Shown one piece after another: positions 36,900 to 51,863 of a DNA stretch of 64,000 nt. The stretch spans positions 12,126,356-12,190,355 of the forward strand of contig CM119268.1 of NCBI GenBank assembly GCA_051294375.1, read 5' to 3'. This stretch comes from Paraspadella gotoi (Eukaryota; Animalia; Chaetognatha). The notes beneath the pieces are model-generated. The model was not told the origin of the DNA, did not search any database, and saw only the letters and a list, made by a program, of their open reading frames with translations. The position numbers and the translations under genes are program-made. How positions within the stretch are numbered: position 1 is the first letter of the stretch; each line of letters opens with the position of its first letter.

Positions 36900-39800
36900 G
36901 CACAGCATATTAAAATAGCAACAATATTAATAACAAAAGATAAAAAGATAGGAAAGCCAAGAGGCATACACGACGAGACCCCAGGCTTTCCGCGGCCCGT
37001 CCGAGGTCCTCGCATCTCATGACGCCTTCGGGGAAGCAGATGAGAACGAACGGGTTCATCGAGGACGGAGCCGCCGCTGCGTTCTCGCTCCAATCGCGGC
37101 TTTTCTACGCCGGTCGTGCAGAAATAAGGATGACGAGCGAAGGCGACGTGCGAAAGTAACGCGGTCGGAGTTAGCGGAGGGGCAGAGCGGTCATGCTGAG
37201 CCAACGAATGGCTGGCGGCAAAAACCGTTCCTCGTTGTCACCTAAAGAACAAATGTAAAATGAAAGTGGAAGAGATAGAGGGACATGACCGAGAATTGAT
37301 AAAAAATATCTTTGTAGGATAGCTCTGACCGAAAAAAGTCAGAGGTTTTTTTTTTAATATATTCTTTGACCGGGCCAGATTGTAGATTGATGGCAATATT
37401 GGCTTTATTGTTAAGTTCAATAAAATCGACTATAATATTATGATAATTAATCCAAACTTTCGGAAATCCACCCTTCTTTGGAAGATTTTTCGCTCATATT
37501 AAGATTTTTTTCCGAATCTGACTCCCGTGTTGAAAACTCTTAGAATTTTCTTCGATCGTTAAGCTTCTCCTTTACTTTTTTTAAATTAAAAATTTAGATT
37601 TACCTATGTTGTAATCATGTTAATATAATCATAATTATATTAATGTGAAGATATTTTGTAGAGCCCTCGTACATATTGATTATCGGATTCTTGTAATTGT
37701 AAGTTTATTGTTAATAATTGATCACATACTTCTTATATGCGTTTGATATTTGTTTGAAGTTTGTGAAATCCTTTATTTTATATATAAAAATTGCGTCAAA
37801 TATTTTCCGAGCTGACCAGTCTTATTTGTAATTGATTGGTTTGATGTCAAAATGATGGTTAATTGGCAAAAAGAAAAATGGCGACCCTTGAGATGTAACA
37901 GGATCGGGAATCGAGGTGTTTTTACATTGATTTTTACCTGATTTTTCCCAGGGGCGTTGACTATTTGTAGTTCCAGATTTTAATTGAAATCTCCGATTGG
38001 GAAAAGTCTTCTCGTTCTAAGTTAACGACGTAGAACTCTATACTTTGGAGATTATCATCGATCTCAGATTCTGACGAGTTGGCTTTCTCCGAGTTCGGGA
38101 ATCTTTTCGCCTGCGCGATGTCGACGAAGGAATCCAAGATTAAAGTTCCTTGGAAAGGACGCTAAATCTCCGCAAGCTGAGTTCTCGGCGAGCAGTGAAA
38201 TCCGGCACATTGGCTTTCAATCCATGTGGCGCAGCATGAAGTACAAGCAGCTGTCGTTCTGGGACCGGGATAACTTGCAGCAGGTTGGAGCCGAAGGAGC
38301 GACTGAGACGTTTTACTTGGTGACCAGAATCTTCAGAAAGTTAGGATATTGAAGGTGAGATCCACCATGCCAGGTGCCTCTCAATCCGTTGGGGACACGT
38401 TTGTCCCTGGTGAAATGAATGAGGAGCAGGCATAAATGTTAAGTTTGTGTAAAAGACATTCGAAAAGTATTCTTTAAAAGCAATTAACATAGTTAAAATT
38501 TTATTTTTTTCTTATTGCGACATCTCCGGATGTCATATAACCGTTAAAATATGTAAAGGGCACAAAAGCTAACCTTTCAAAAATGAGAGATAATTAGAAA
38601 TCAAACTAAGCTCATCATCATTACCCTGAGACTTTTTCAAAGCCATCTCGATGACATGGCCCGAAAAATATGCGGAAAAGCGGAGAGAACGATTCGGTGA
38701 GCGGGGAATTCTTTCCATCAACGCAGAGCACACGTCGGCAAAACATTACGGTTGAGACGTGCTCGAATTTGAGCCCTGCCAAAAGATTACGCGAGATGGC
38801 GGTGCTCAAAAACGAAAACCATCGCTCAAGGCGGCAATAGTAATAGAGTAAGATGTTTGTTGGCGAGCCGTCGAGGTGAAGAAACCAGAGAGGGACGTGG
38901 TGATGCGATGAATCGATTGATGATAGATTGGTTAAAAGTTAAAGCCGCCATGCGGGGCCTGGATCGGAGGGACAAGGCCCGGAAAAAGAGAGTGGGTTGC
39001 TGTAAGGTCTTTCCCGTCGAATCGGCGTCAGCCGTCCGCCCTGTCGCGCGGAATTGGAGGACTGCGCAGGCGCAGTTCGGGGGAGGTCGCCCCGGTGCAA
39101 TCGAGGACGAAGGAGATAAGGTTCGCCTCGTGAACAGTTGTTCCTGTTGGGCTCGGCCCTGGCTTAGATGTTATTTTGTTATACTGTTGTTGCTGCGACT
39201 TAGTTTCGCGCGGAAGGCTGACGCGGAGGACGCGGGAGAATCCCTGTTGGGCCGGACCCTCTACGTTCGCCGAACGACATCTCAGAGTAAGAGTCATATC
39301 GTCGGCTTTTCTACATTCATACACATTTAATAGTCGATTATTTATAATTCGATAATTTCATTAGAAAACTGCAAATAATAATTAGAAAGTTGGTAATTTT
39401 AAAGCGATTATAAATATAAAAAAAACTTACAATACAATGGGATTAAAAAATGATTAATCGGTGATCATTGAACAAGGTAATGAATATTTTTTTATTCTGT
39501 ACTAAAATTGATAATAAATATTAAAATAGGTTGGCACTATGTTAAGAAACGTAATAGAACCGTTATTTTAACTGTAAACTTAATTTCGAAGTCCTAAAAT
39601 CGCTCTGAGGTTGAACAAAGGATGAAGAATTTGACGATATAAGTCGGCAGGTGTTCCCGGTGGCAACCTAACCGCAAACGATCGACAATAAATAAGATTG
39701 ACAGAAAATCTAAAGGTGGACAAAATATTTACGTTAGTGAATGTCCTGCTTGAGGTTGTTCTGGCACAACGATGGAGGTTAGTGAGGGCGTGCAAAGTGT

Positions 39801-42800
39801 GAACGAGGGAGAGAACAAGGAAATAAACTCTTTCACGATTCTCGATATTCGCGCACGTCGCAGATTGCAAGCATGCCACTGGAAAAAAAACGCGAACGGG
39901 TAGATAATTGAGTCGTAGCTTAGTAAAAAGTCCAGATAAATTTTATTTTCCCTTGTTGCAAAATTTCCTACCCGTCGAGTTTCTGGACTGTTGAAGATGC
40001 TCAAAGACGACGCGATGGAAGCGAGTGCCGAATTCTGCTCCAGCACGCATTCACGTTTTTGCGCCGTGAGGGATTGACGAAAATTGTTTCACTTGCGCCT
40101 TAAAATTTTGCACACTTTCACGCGGCCTTAAAAATTTTAGAGTTGCCAACGATTATCACAACTGTATCAAAATTTTGGTTGCAAGATTTATCATCATGTA
40201 AGGTATTCGAGTATCGACTTTTTTAACGTTGGCAGGTGATTAAAAAGTCAACTTTTCGTTTTTACTGCGAATAGAAAAATTTCCCGTCCACCCTCCGATT
40301 CGGGTTTGAAATCAGTTTTTTCTGTTCTTGTCAAAATAAAATCCTGGACGCGAAAAAAAATAAAAACGGATTTCGGGAATAGGACGAACAAGAAATTTTT
40401 CGGCGGAAGATGCTAAACTGACTGACCCTCGACGATCGCGCCAGAGAGCGGTCCAACCGTTGTCGAGCTTGGACTCCTTTCGTGCTAATTTTCTCTTCCT
40501 CTGAAGCGCCTCGGAGTGCTTAATGATCATAGAGATGAGACCAATTTTTTTTTTTTAAACCTTTTAAAGCTTTAAAGTTTTTTTAAAGCCAAATACGCTG
40601 GAGGGTCGCTTTTCTTATTTCCAACTGTTGGCGAGCCGAGTACGAGCGGAACGGAACGTCTCCGAAAACTGCTCTCAGAATGAAAATTCGCGTTGGCCTG
40701 GCGCACAGTCCGAAAAAGGTCACATCGGTTGGTCTTTGGATACGCTGGGAATGGTGAAGGGAGCCGAGTTCTAGGCGTAGTCGATGGACCCACAGAGGTA
40801 TTGAACCATCAGTCGAAAACCGCAACGCGTTTTGAGAGCAGTTTGAGTCGAGTTTGATCGCACGAGTTTGAACATCGCTTGAGGCCATTTTGAATTCCTG
40901 TCGCATTTTATATAAAGTAGAAAACTAAGTCATCTGGAATCAAAAATGTCAGTCAGCAATCATTACAACTGGAGAGGATTTTAATGCGATTTCTTGGGAC
41001 AAAAGTTTTCCCTCCAAAATTCTCACTTGGAGGCTGATGGTGGAGCGGGATAAAAGGGTGCAAGTCTTTTAAATCTAACAATGCAAAATTCAATTCACAA
41101 GATAATTTACTTTTAGCTTGTATTTGGCCTTCGAATTTTCGCTGAAATCTTGAATAGCGGTTCGACAGCATGGATACTTGCATAAAACCGTTGACGTGAC
41201 CCTACGTTGACAAAGAAAAAATAAAATTAGCCGGAATATAAAAAAAAGAAATTAAAATTAGGGATTTAGCCACGCTTTATTTCGTAATATCTTCGAGTAT
41301 AGAATGATTTGCCTACGAAGAATCGATTCAACATCGATATATTGTTGCAAATTGAGAAAAAATCTGTTTTGTAAGTTTTGTCAAAAACGTATGATCGGAA
41401 CCATCATTAAAGCGCTTTAATCTGAAGAAGTTGGTTTGTTTTCGTCATACCTAGAAAAATTGAAAATAAGACACGATTAATATCGTTCTATACGTATATT
41501 CCATAAGCATGGATTTGCGTAAAATAGATGTAAAATCAGTTTGCTACCAGCGTGAAGGTTTTTCAATAAGCTCCGTGGCTTTAAACCATCTCCAAGTTGG
41601 AATCGACTTCTTTTTTTAATATCCATTGTAAATATTTAATATTAACTTCGGCCTCACACTTCAGGATTGTAAATACCAAAAGAGTCAAGCATTTGTACAA
41701 TTGAAACAGTGAAATAGATTTCCTTTTTTACTTAAAATCTGAACAACTCGTTGATCAATTGTTCAGTTTTTGTGACAAAGATGCAAAATATAGGGTGAAT
41801 TTCCTCGTGAAAAATGTGTCTTCTTGACAACGTTCTATAAAAGCGTCAATGCACTGGTTGTACCAAAAGAAACCATTAATTATGCCTACGGACCAAAAAT
41901 GTTAGGAACTATAATTAATTACATTATTTGAAAAATTAGTACTTTGAAATGAGAGAGGCTCGTTGCGACCGAATTTCATTTTCTGCTTGTCGCAAGGGGA
42001 TCTTTCGATGGGCGTGTGTAAAACTCTTCGGATCAGACTTCGCTCGATAGAATGTATTTTTTTTTCGGCTATTCGTGCTAGCAACCTCGAATTAGGGTCT
42101 GGGAGTTTCCACGGATTCATAATGTTAGAGGGTGTTGGTTGTTGGGGGCGAGCCATGCATGCATGCATCGGTAAGTTTTAGAGTCTTTGGAAGATGTAGC
42201 ATCAGATATTGTCTCATCCAATAATATGCGACAATGAAAGGACATTTTTTTTCCATTTTTGAGGAATCCACGTACTTGCGCTATCATGTGTAGTTTCTGA
42301 ATAATGTCAGCGGCGGCCTGAAGCTGTGAGGATCGGAAAATATGGAGAGTTAGAACTCGCGATACTGGCTTCCAATAATTCCGCGAAATATGATGGTTGC
42401 TGAGCCTCGGACTGCGCGCATCTCGGGATATTGACGCCTTCAGCTGTTGCCTTAAAATGTAACCTGGATAGTTACTAATGACCATAACCCCCTCCAAAAA
42501 CAACATCAAAGTCGGCGCTAACCTAAATGGACGACTTTTGGTGGCGACGTATTTATTTTCTCGTCGAATCCTGGAACTGGGAAAACCTGTGGTGCCCTCA
42601 GCAACTCGTGAGTGACCTTTGAACTTTTTCTCTTCGTCCGTCACTTGAGCCTCCAATTTCCGATTTCCGTTTCATCTTTCTCGTAAGAACCTGAAAAAAA
42701 ATTAAGAATGAAAAAAAAATAGAACAAACGAATGTGGATTCGCTTTGTTCTAATTTTGTTCTTCTGATTAAACAGGAAATAGCAAATCATATCGATACGT

Positions 42801-43070
42801 ATTATTATTGAGGTAGAGCTTACTTTCAGATCTCTTATGGTTTGTTCAAATGATTGATTGAAGCACCATAGGATCGAATGAGTCCACGCTGCGTCCTCCA
42901 GAAGTCGCCATAGCAATCTGTGCCAAATGTCAAATGGGGACCTACATTATATATCAATGAATAACTTCATTTCCTCACCTTCACAAATTCGTCGGCCGTC
43001 GAACGGATTTTTTGCTCCAGCTCCTGCTGCAGTTGATGCGACAAGAGGCCCATGACTAACTAACTCGTCG
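36900..43070 (-). pseudogene. Degenerate or error-laden multi-exon coding region of unknown identity (possibly transposon-borne)
   Basis: Alternating GC-moderate blocks and AT-rich spacers. Minus-strand acceptors at 42692, 41452 and 37243; donors at 38624 and 37937. Broken ORFs up to 179 aa (42117-42656). Confidence 0.35.
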
Positions 43071-43520
43071 CGTGAAGCGTGAGGTTTCACATGTCTTGGA
43101 TTAATTAAAGGCAGCAATAATAAAAATCGATAAATAGCGATTTTTCTAAATGTAAACTGTTTAATAGAACAATATAAAGGAAACTCATATATTTAATCCT
43201 TTGACTCATGAAAAGATTAAAAGTAACAATTATGGAGTATCACTGGAGCTAAAGATTAGGAGGCCAGGTTCGACGCGGGAACAAGGAAGGAGCGAAGGAC
43301 GCCCCCCTGAGTCACCCTGACGCCCTACAAAGGGATAGCGTCGAAGCAGTCGTCGTCGTGTCGTCGTGACCCACCGCGAACAGGGAGGAAGCGGAGGGAG
43401 TAAGTAAAAGGCTCCACCGAAAGAGTCAATTGGGGCCGACTTCGCTTGACGATGACGATGCCGGTATCAGTTTCGAGCGTCTACGAAGGGTGATCGACGC
43501 TGAAGCCACAGACGCGGCAA

Positions 43521-43545
43521 NNNNNNNNNNNNNNNNNNNNNNNNN
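43521..43545. other. Assembly gap (25 N)
   Basis: Run of N. Confidence 1.
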
Positions 43546-43694
43546 ATGAGTTATAAAAGAATCTGATTATGAAATTATAATTCCGGAGGATATTTTGACT
43601 AATCTTACACTACAATACATCAACTAATCTTTTATCTTATTTTAATCTTAATGATTCCCATCTTTCACGCTCTTCCATTCTTTCACTCTTCTTA

Positions 43695-43758
<64 letters not shown>

Positions 43759-43964
43759 TCTCTCTCTCTCTCTCTCACACACACACACTCGTTGCCTCTG
43801 CTCCACCGTCCTTTCAATCTCTTCAATTCAGCCATATTCCTTTTCCCTTTTCCCAACATTTCTTCACCTCTAATATCTTAATGAATCTTTCCAATGTCTG
43901 TCTCTCACTCTCTCCCTGTCTATTCAGTGGAATTGCGTAGCTGCGTTTTTTCTCATCTCTCACT

Positions 43965-44056
<92 letters not shown>

Positions 44057-44158
44057 CTCCTCGCCGTTTTATTCTGGCGACCGGTAGCTGTATTTTTCCC
44101 TCACGCGCATTTTGCGCGAGAGAACGTACTATTCCGTCTCTCTCTCTCCTTCTCTCTT

Positions 44159-44214
<56 letters not shown>

Positions 44215-44749
44215 GTCTGGAGCGAGGCCGCTCATCAACGTTGCCGCCGCCGATGACGACCGACGACGACGACGACCGCAGCGAGGACGACGACAACAAA
44301 AAACAATAACAGACGACGAAGACGTCGATGAGAGAGAATTAGTCGCAGCGAGCGAAAGAGAGAAAAAAAAATCGACTGTTGTGAAGAAAGGACGCGACGA
44401 CGATACGAAGAGCGAAACAAAAAAAAGAACAACCTGTCGATTTTTTACGAAGAGCAACAAAAAAAATAAAAAATAAAATTACAACCCCATAACCTCTTCC
44501 GACACACAGGAAACCTCTTACATACGGGTCATTGCATCTTGTTCCTCTTCCGTTTTTACATCCTGCAATCTTTTTTGGATGACGCGAAACTGAATGCTGG
44601 GAACTTTTGGTCGCAGAATCGAGAACGAGTGAGGTATATTTTGGGTAGGTTGGGCGGCGGAGAGAGAAGGATGAATGAAAAGGAGGGAAGGAAAGAAGAA
44701 AAGGGAAAGATTTGGGGAGAGAGAGAGAGAGAGAGAGGAGAAGAAGTAG

Positions 44750-44793
<44 letters not shown>

Positions 44794-45038
44794 AGAGAAC
44801 AAATGAGCGAAAGATAGATATATAACGGTGTCGTTATCTATTCATTTTCTCCCGGCAATATTTTAATTTATTTGTACTAAATTTTTTGGGGTTTTTTTGA
44901 AATATTTTTCGCTGTTTTTTTGTTTTTTAATTTTTTTGCTTTTCTTTTTCTTTCTTTCTCTCTCTCTCTTGAGTCCGGGGAAAAAAAAATCTGGTCATCG
45001 AAAAACGCGAACAAAAAACTTACAAAAACACGACGACA
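43546..45038 (+). repeat. Second copy of ~1.5-kb direct duplication (partner 29986-31448)
   Basis: Colinear with 29986-31448, differing mostly by 1-2 nt indels; starts right after the gap. Confidence 0.92.
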
Positions 45039-47109
45039 TATCCTTATAAAATCATAAAATTTCAAAATGAATTTTTTTGAACTTTTAAGATCGGATTCGT
45101 ATTCGCCGTAAAAAAATAAGAAAACTTTCGTAAAATATTTTATATGATATTTTAATGTTTAGTCCACAAAAAAAACGATTAAAACGTTTCAGCATATTAT
45201 AGTTTTTACTACAGAGAATAAAAAAGTTATGAATTTTTTTTTCATAATATGTTTTATATTTTTGATCTAACTTTTTATGAAGAATCCGAATCTTAAAATA
45301 TTATTTTTAAATTTTACTATTTTATAATGATATTACTATAAAAATGTTGGATTTTACTATATTGTTCCCCAAACAATATGAGCAAAATATTTTTTTATAC
45401 TCGTTAATCATGCTATCTCACATCTAATTAACTTTTTTCCGTCACTCAAATAATTTTTTTATTCTCGATAGCTCCGTTCTATTATTTAATGAATTAATAG
45501 ATAATTATTTTTTAACAAATTTCAAAGGCCAAAGATGCAATTGATTGTTGAGCAAAACAATGTAATTTTTGTATGTTACATTGCATTGCAAATAAATGAT
45601 CATTATATCTTGAGCTCTTTGATCACTTATTTTATATCTAATTGTTTTAAGGTATTAAAGTTTTCCACTACTTTTTGTTTTTCTAATTGTATTCTCTGTA
45701 AATAATATTTTCTTACTCTTCTTTTTCTCTCTTTCTCCATTTTTCTCAATTTGTCCCTTCATTCCAAGCGCTAATACGTAATAGTGGATCAAATGGCGAT
45801 AAGTCTAAATAAAATAAGGAAAATAGTGAAAAGAAAATGTTTACTCGCTCATTTCCTAATTCAAATTTTCCTAATTTAAATTTAATAAATGTATTTAGTT
45901 AATATGTTGAATTTTAAAGTTCCATTTCTTTTTTAAATTTTGTTTCATCAAGAAAGTATAGTAAGTTAACCTCGATCGGATGATACTATCTTTCTTCCCA
46001 ATAACAAGTTGACTAAATATATCGTTTCAGTAACAATATTACTAATTAGCTTATGCAACAACACATTTAACAGACGCTATCAAATCTATGTTCCTTCTTC
46101 CCCCCCCCCACCCCAAGTTATTTCCGCCTTGTGTCCGACGCGACAGTCGGCATTTCTAGTGTGAAAGAAGTAACAGTTCTATTTCATCTGCGCTGCTCTC
46201 AAACAAGTATTGCAGCAAGAGAAAATAAAAAAAAATTTCATTCACAGTCACAAGGAAATAACTGTCTAAATTGTTTGTTATGTGTATCGACTCAATTATG
46301 ACATAATGATATTTGCTTTAAAAAAAATTTTTTCATCAAAAAACTTATTTGAGAGATTGTGATAATAATAAATGATTTATTAAAAGGAATTGTCACGATT
46401 CACTTGGACATGAAAGAGAGAAAAAAAACGCAGAAACAAAAGCTATTTTGTCTTTCTATTATGGTTTTTAATAAATCGAGCGAAGATTACGTCGTTATTC
46501 GACTCGGGATCCATTGGGAGGAATCTATGGTGTGTGTTTTCCTAATGGTTCCGGATGCACTATAATGTAATCATCAAGTATGGATGGAAAATAAAATAAA
46601 AATGCTATGATATTTGAACGTGGATAAATTTATAAGTTAGAAAGTAATTTATAAAAATGATTATTCAAAGTTTACTAGGTTCTCACATTTCCTATACGTG
46701 CCGAACTATATTGTTCATCGTCTCACCATCGTCATTTTTGGCCAAAAAGAAAAGACTAAAAAAGAAGTTCTTTTAAAAAAAAGGGGAAAAAAAAGAAAGA
46801 AAAAGGAGAAAGTTGTCCTTTCGCCTTTTTCCTCTTTTTTTTTTTCCTTTCGCGTTCCGTCGAAATCTCCCTTTTTCTCATAAACCCTCTTCCTCCTGTT
46901 ACTCTCCTTTCCTTCCTTCCTCCTTTTCCTCCTCCTCCTCCGCGGCGCCCTCCGCAGCCGGGGGCGCCATCCGCCGCAGCCGCTGCGTCTTCCTGCCTCC
47001 TCCGCTGCTTTTTTCGCCGCCGCTGCTGCTGAGGCGCCGGGGCGGCTGACGCTGCCGCCGCCCGGACTATGAGGAGGAGGAGAATGGCTCTCGCTCTTGT
47101 TTCGCTATC

Positions 47110-47145
<36 letters not shown>

Positions 47146-47175
47146 CTCTCCTCTCTCCTCTCTCTCTCTTCTCCT

Positions 47176-47219
<44 letters not shown>

Positions 47220-48684
47220 TTCTTCTGGCACGTAGATTCTTCTCTCCCTCCCCTTTTCCAGATACTATCCTCTTCTCTTCTCCTCTACCTCTCTCTTCCC
47301 TTCGTCTCACTCTCTCTCTCTCTCTCTCCTTCTTTTAAATGAGTTGGGATTTTCAGAAGGGGAATATTTATGACTTTTTTCAAAGAAGGAATTCGGGATT
47401 CCGGTGGCCAGAGACTACAAGCCGTGAAGAGGAAGACATTTGAAGTCGCAAAGACTGCGGACTGTGAAGGTGATGGATTCCGATGGTTGAAGTCGGTGAA
47501 AAAAAAAAGCGAGTGAATGTGATTTTCGATGGTGATCGAGAGTGATCGATGGAGCGGGATCCAACAAAAAAATATAAAATATGTTAGCGGAAACGAAAAG
47601 AAGAAGATTTGAAAGGGAATGTATTAATAACAAAAGATCGACTGTAATCAAATTGTAGAAGCGCGACTATTCATGAGACACCCGTGCTCGTTACCAATGA
47701 GAGTTACTAATGAACGTTATGTTCAACATCAGAGGCCTTGGCGGTGAAGGCAAGTGTCAGTATTCAGAATCGGTTAATTTGAAAACTTGGGATTCGAATT
47801 ACAAATAAATTGTATTTGAACTTTGGGAAATCATCCATTACTGAAATATTACTTCTTAATGATATAAAACAATTTAAGATAAACCTTGTTGCTTTTAGGT
47901 ATATAGTGAAAGTCGAAAAATGAAAAGATACGAAAGCAAAAAATATAAGATCTCACTCTTGCACATAAATACGAGAAATGGATGGTTTTCAGTTTTGACT
48001 TCATCTCTCGTTTGGACTCGAGACCTCACTTACATATTGCATGGGAGAAAGTCTTGATTGGAAGCTCGCAGGGTTATGCTATGTTATAATCCTGCAAGAG
48101 GTATGGAGGTATGGGAGGTCTTATCCTAAGGCGAGACGACTTGTTTATTGAACGAATGAATAATTTTAATATTGGTTTTATCAATTTCATACATTCAAAA
48201 AAATAAAAAAAGTTTTCATCACAAGACTCGACCAAAGAAGATCTCCATCCCTCGAAATAATAATCACAAGTCCTCAACTCCCACTTAAACTTCAATCTGG
48301 TTCCCTTCGCTTCCTCCCCCCCCATTCAAACGAAACTCACATCCACCTTCCCCCCTTCACTCCCACCCCTTTTCCACCCCCGCGGACCGAAGAAGCGGGA
48401 TGTGACATTCGTAGGTAAAATTTCTTCTTCTTCCTCGCCTCCGCGCTAACGACCGCCCATAACATCCGGGTTTTCTTTTCCCCGACTTCCGGTTTTGATT
48501 GCGTCGAGTCCGTTAATGACGCTCAAACATGACCTTTGACCTCGAGGGAGACACAAAGAGAGAGAGAGAAACTTTTTTTTTTTTTCGTCTCCCCGCGACC
48601 GGGGACCAACGAGCGGGGCAGGGGAGGGCCCGGGGGTAGGGGGTGGGGGGGGCCGCCCGCAACCCTGCCGATTCCGAGACAGAG

Positions 48685-48794
<110 letters not shown>

Positions 48795-49058
48795 CTTTCA
48801 TCAAAGATCGGCTACAAACGGTCGACGACGTGATCCGAAGATGCTTTACTACAGTAGATTGTTCTATTAATAATGTTAATATCGTAATTGTTTTTGTCAA
48901 GGAGGAAATTCGGATTTGACGTTCTTTTCCCATAATCTCTGGCGAGGGGTCAAAGGTCAACCCATAGAGATGATCATCCTGCGACGGAGGTCATTCCAAA
49001 ACAAAAGGTGTTTTTTCGCCTCGTCAAGAGTCGAGCGTCGCCCCATTTCGTTAACGTC

Positions 49059-49186
<128 letters not shown>

Positions 49187-51863
49187 AACTCCATCGGGAA
49201 CGAATCAAACCGAATGAGACCAAACATCCAAGAGGTGATCCAATCACTGGATGATCAGTCGCCCGTCTCCCTTTCCTCCCCCATCGACCCACGGACCGTC
49301 AGAAATTCCAATTGGCTCCGCGACGAGTTGATGACCAGGATGTGTCGTGTCAAGTTTTTCTCGCTCACCCCATCATCTTGGAATAACCGATTTTCCCTGT
49401 ATACAAAAGAAGCCCATCGACGGCGAGATAAGAAAAAAAATCAGAAAAGCGATCTCCATCTCCGGTTATGTTAAAATTTCGGCCATATTTTTTGAGAGCG
49501 CCGCATTTCATGTTCATCTTAAATTCTAAATTAACTTAGTTTTTAAATATAAAAATTAAGTTAAATGTTTGGGTTACTAACGCGCCCATTAATCATATCA
49601 TTTCTATCACTATTTTTATTATCGGAAAGTTGGTAATTCTAGAGAGGATATGTGAGATATTCTTCTTTTTATATCTTATAATCAGGGGGATTGCAGTCAA
49701 AAAAATTGTATAGCCATAGACGTTTTTGATATCAATCAAACGAAAATTTAGCCTAGTTTCCAAAATGGTTCTTTTTTTATTTTATCAAAAACCGTTTTTA
49801 TGATGTAAGTATTTGAAGTTAGTCCCATTAGAGCTGGACCTCCCTGTATGTTTAGTAATTAAGGAATAGAAATTGGACGCTTTTGGAAAAGAGAACCAAA
49901 ATTTCTTTTCGCGATGGACAGGGCGATGGAAGGGCGCTTAAATAGGGGAAAAGAACTGGAAAGGGTAAAAAGAATAAGAAAAAGAAAGCGGAAAAGCAGG
50001 AACGGACGAAGAAGGACGAGGCCACAAAAGGTGAAAATCTTTTCCTCTGACGAAAAAAAAATAACCCACACAAAGAATATGGTTTCGCCAGAATCAGGGA
50101 AAGTCCAGGACGTCGTTGCCTGGACGTGTTGTCTCCCTCATCGTCTCCGTCATCGTCGTCGCCGTCGTCGATCCTCGTTCGAATCGTTCAATAAGCGACA
50201 AAAGTGTGTTCGATTTATAAATATGAGGAACGTCTCGGATTACATTTGCTACAATTCAAACGAAACCAAAGTTAATTTCAGAATTAAAACGGACGCCCAA
50301 GCTTCGACCACGTTCGAGTTCGCAAGCTGATGGACCCATCGACGAAGCCACGGAACCTCTTCGGCGTTGATGTTGTTGTCGTCGTTATATGGTTATTGTC
50401 GCGCGAAAATTACGTGGTCATCGTCCGAGGGAGAGAAGAAAAACCGGTCACGCCGAGAAGCGGCCCACCTCCAGAAAATTACTTTCTTAATTCGTCCTCA
50501 CAGCCACTATTTTTCAAAACGAGGCCTTCAATCCTTCTACCTTTGAGCTTTAACAACATCCACTAAGTGTAAACTTTGCACCATTTTCACAAAAGCGAAC
50601 CAACTCTACCCGTCCTCAAAACTACCTTACCCTTCCTCCCCCTTACCTCTTCTTCGTAGGTGAGGTCAAATCCTCGAATCTTCTTTCCTAATTTTCATTG
50701 TGTTTATTCATAGAGTATCTCGCGGATTCGGCGAGGTGAGCGGGGCGGCGAGAGGATGAGGAAGAAATAAGGTAGAAGGAGACGGAGGAAGGAGAACGAA
50801 AAAGGGAGAAGTGGAGGGAGAACGGCGGTGGGGAGAAGGGTGAGGCAAATGGGAAAAGCTAAGGAGGTAGGGCATGGAGAATGGAATGGTGACTTGTGAA
50901 GAAGGGAAATGTAATGAAGTAAAAGAGAGAGAGGATATATCGAAGAAAGAGAGAAAAAAAAATTGAGAGAACACAGCGGAAAACTGAGGAGAGTGCACCG
51001 AGGAGAACACGAGCCAGGACAAATCAGAGAATGAGGGAGAGAAAAGGGAAAGATAAAGAGCGACAAAAAAAGAAGAAAATCCCGGCAGCGACGGACGTGG
51101 AGTGACGCCATTAATCTGTTCCGGTCGGGCGTCTCTTCGATTTTGCGCCGCGAGCGAGTGCTACGTCTTGAGAGAGAGTCACAAAGCCAGCGAGTGGTGA
51201 GACGTGTCAGGCTGGAACTTCGTGAGGGTGTATCAGATCATGAGCGATTGCTACGCCGTGAGCAACCGCACCTCGCTCACGGCAAGCATTTAGTTGAGTG
51301 AGAGATTTAATACTGTGGATTCATTAAAATCACATATTAGAAAAAAGGAAAACTGTATTTAGTTTTATTATGATTTGATTTTTTCAATTTGTATTTTTTT
51401 TTTCAAAATCCCAAGCCTCGACCTGATCATTTGTTTTCACTAAATGTTTGGTGCGAGAGCTTAAAAAACCTGGTGAGCGATTTTGAAAATATTTGATCAA
51501 AGAAAAACAAAACTCAAAGCACCGTTTCGAACTGAAAAGAGTAGCGTTGTTGGTGTAATTAAGTATAGAACAAAGGCGAGGTTAGAGGTACCAGTAATAT
51601 TTTATGGCCTAATTAAAGAATAAAACCAAAATTCTTTGTTGTTGTATAATAAAATTTTTTTGAAATAATCTTGTTCAAGTTTTAGGGCCACCGACACTGA
51701 GAATTCTATTGCTTTTTAAACAGAATGGCTCTTCTGTTTTCAAGTTCCTGATTTATAATGAACTTTTTGTATTCCGTATTTGGATTAATTATTTCTTACC
51801 TATCTTGACTTACTTATCTTGACTTTCCAGACACAAAATCGCGGTAAACGATTTTGTATCTTT

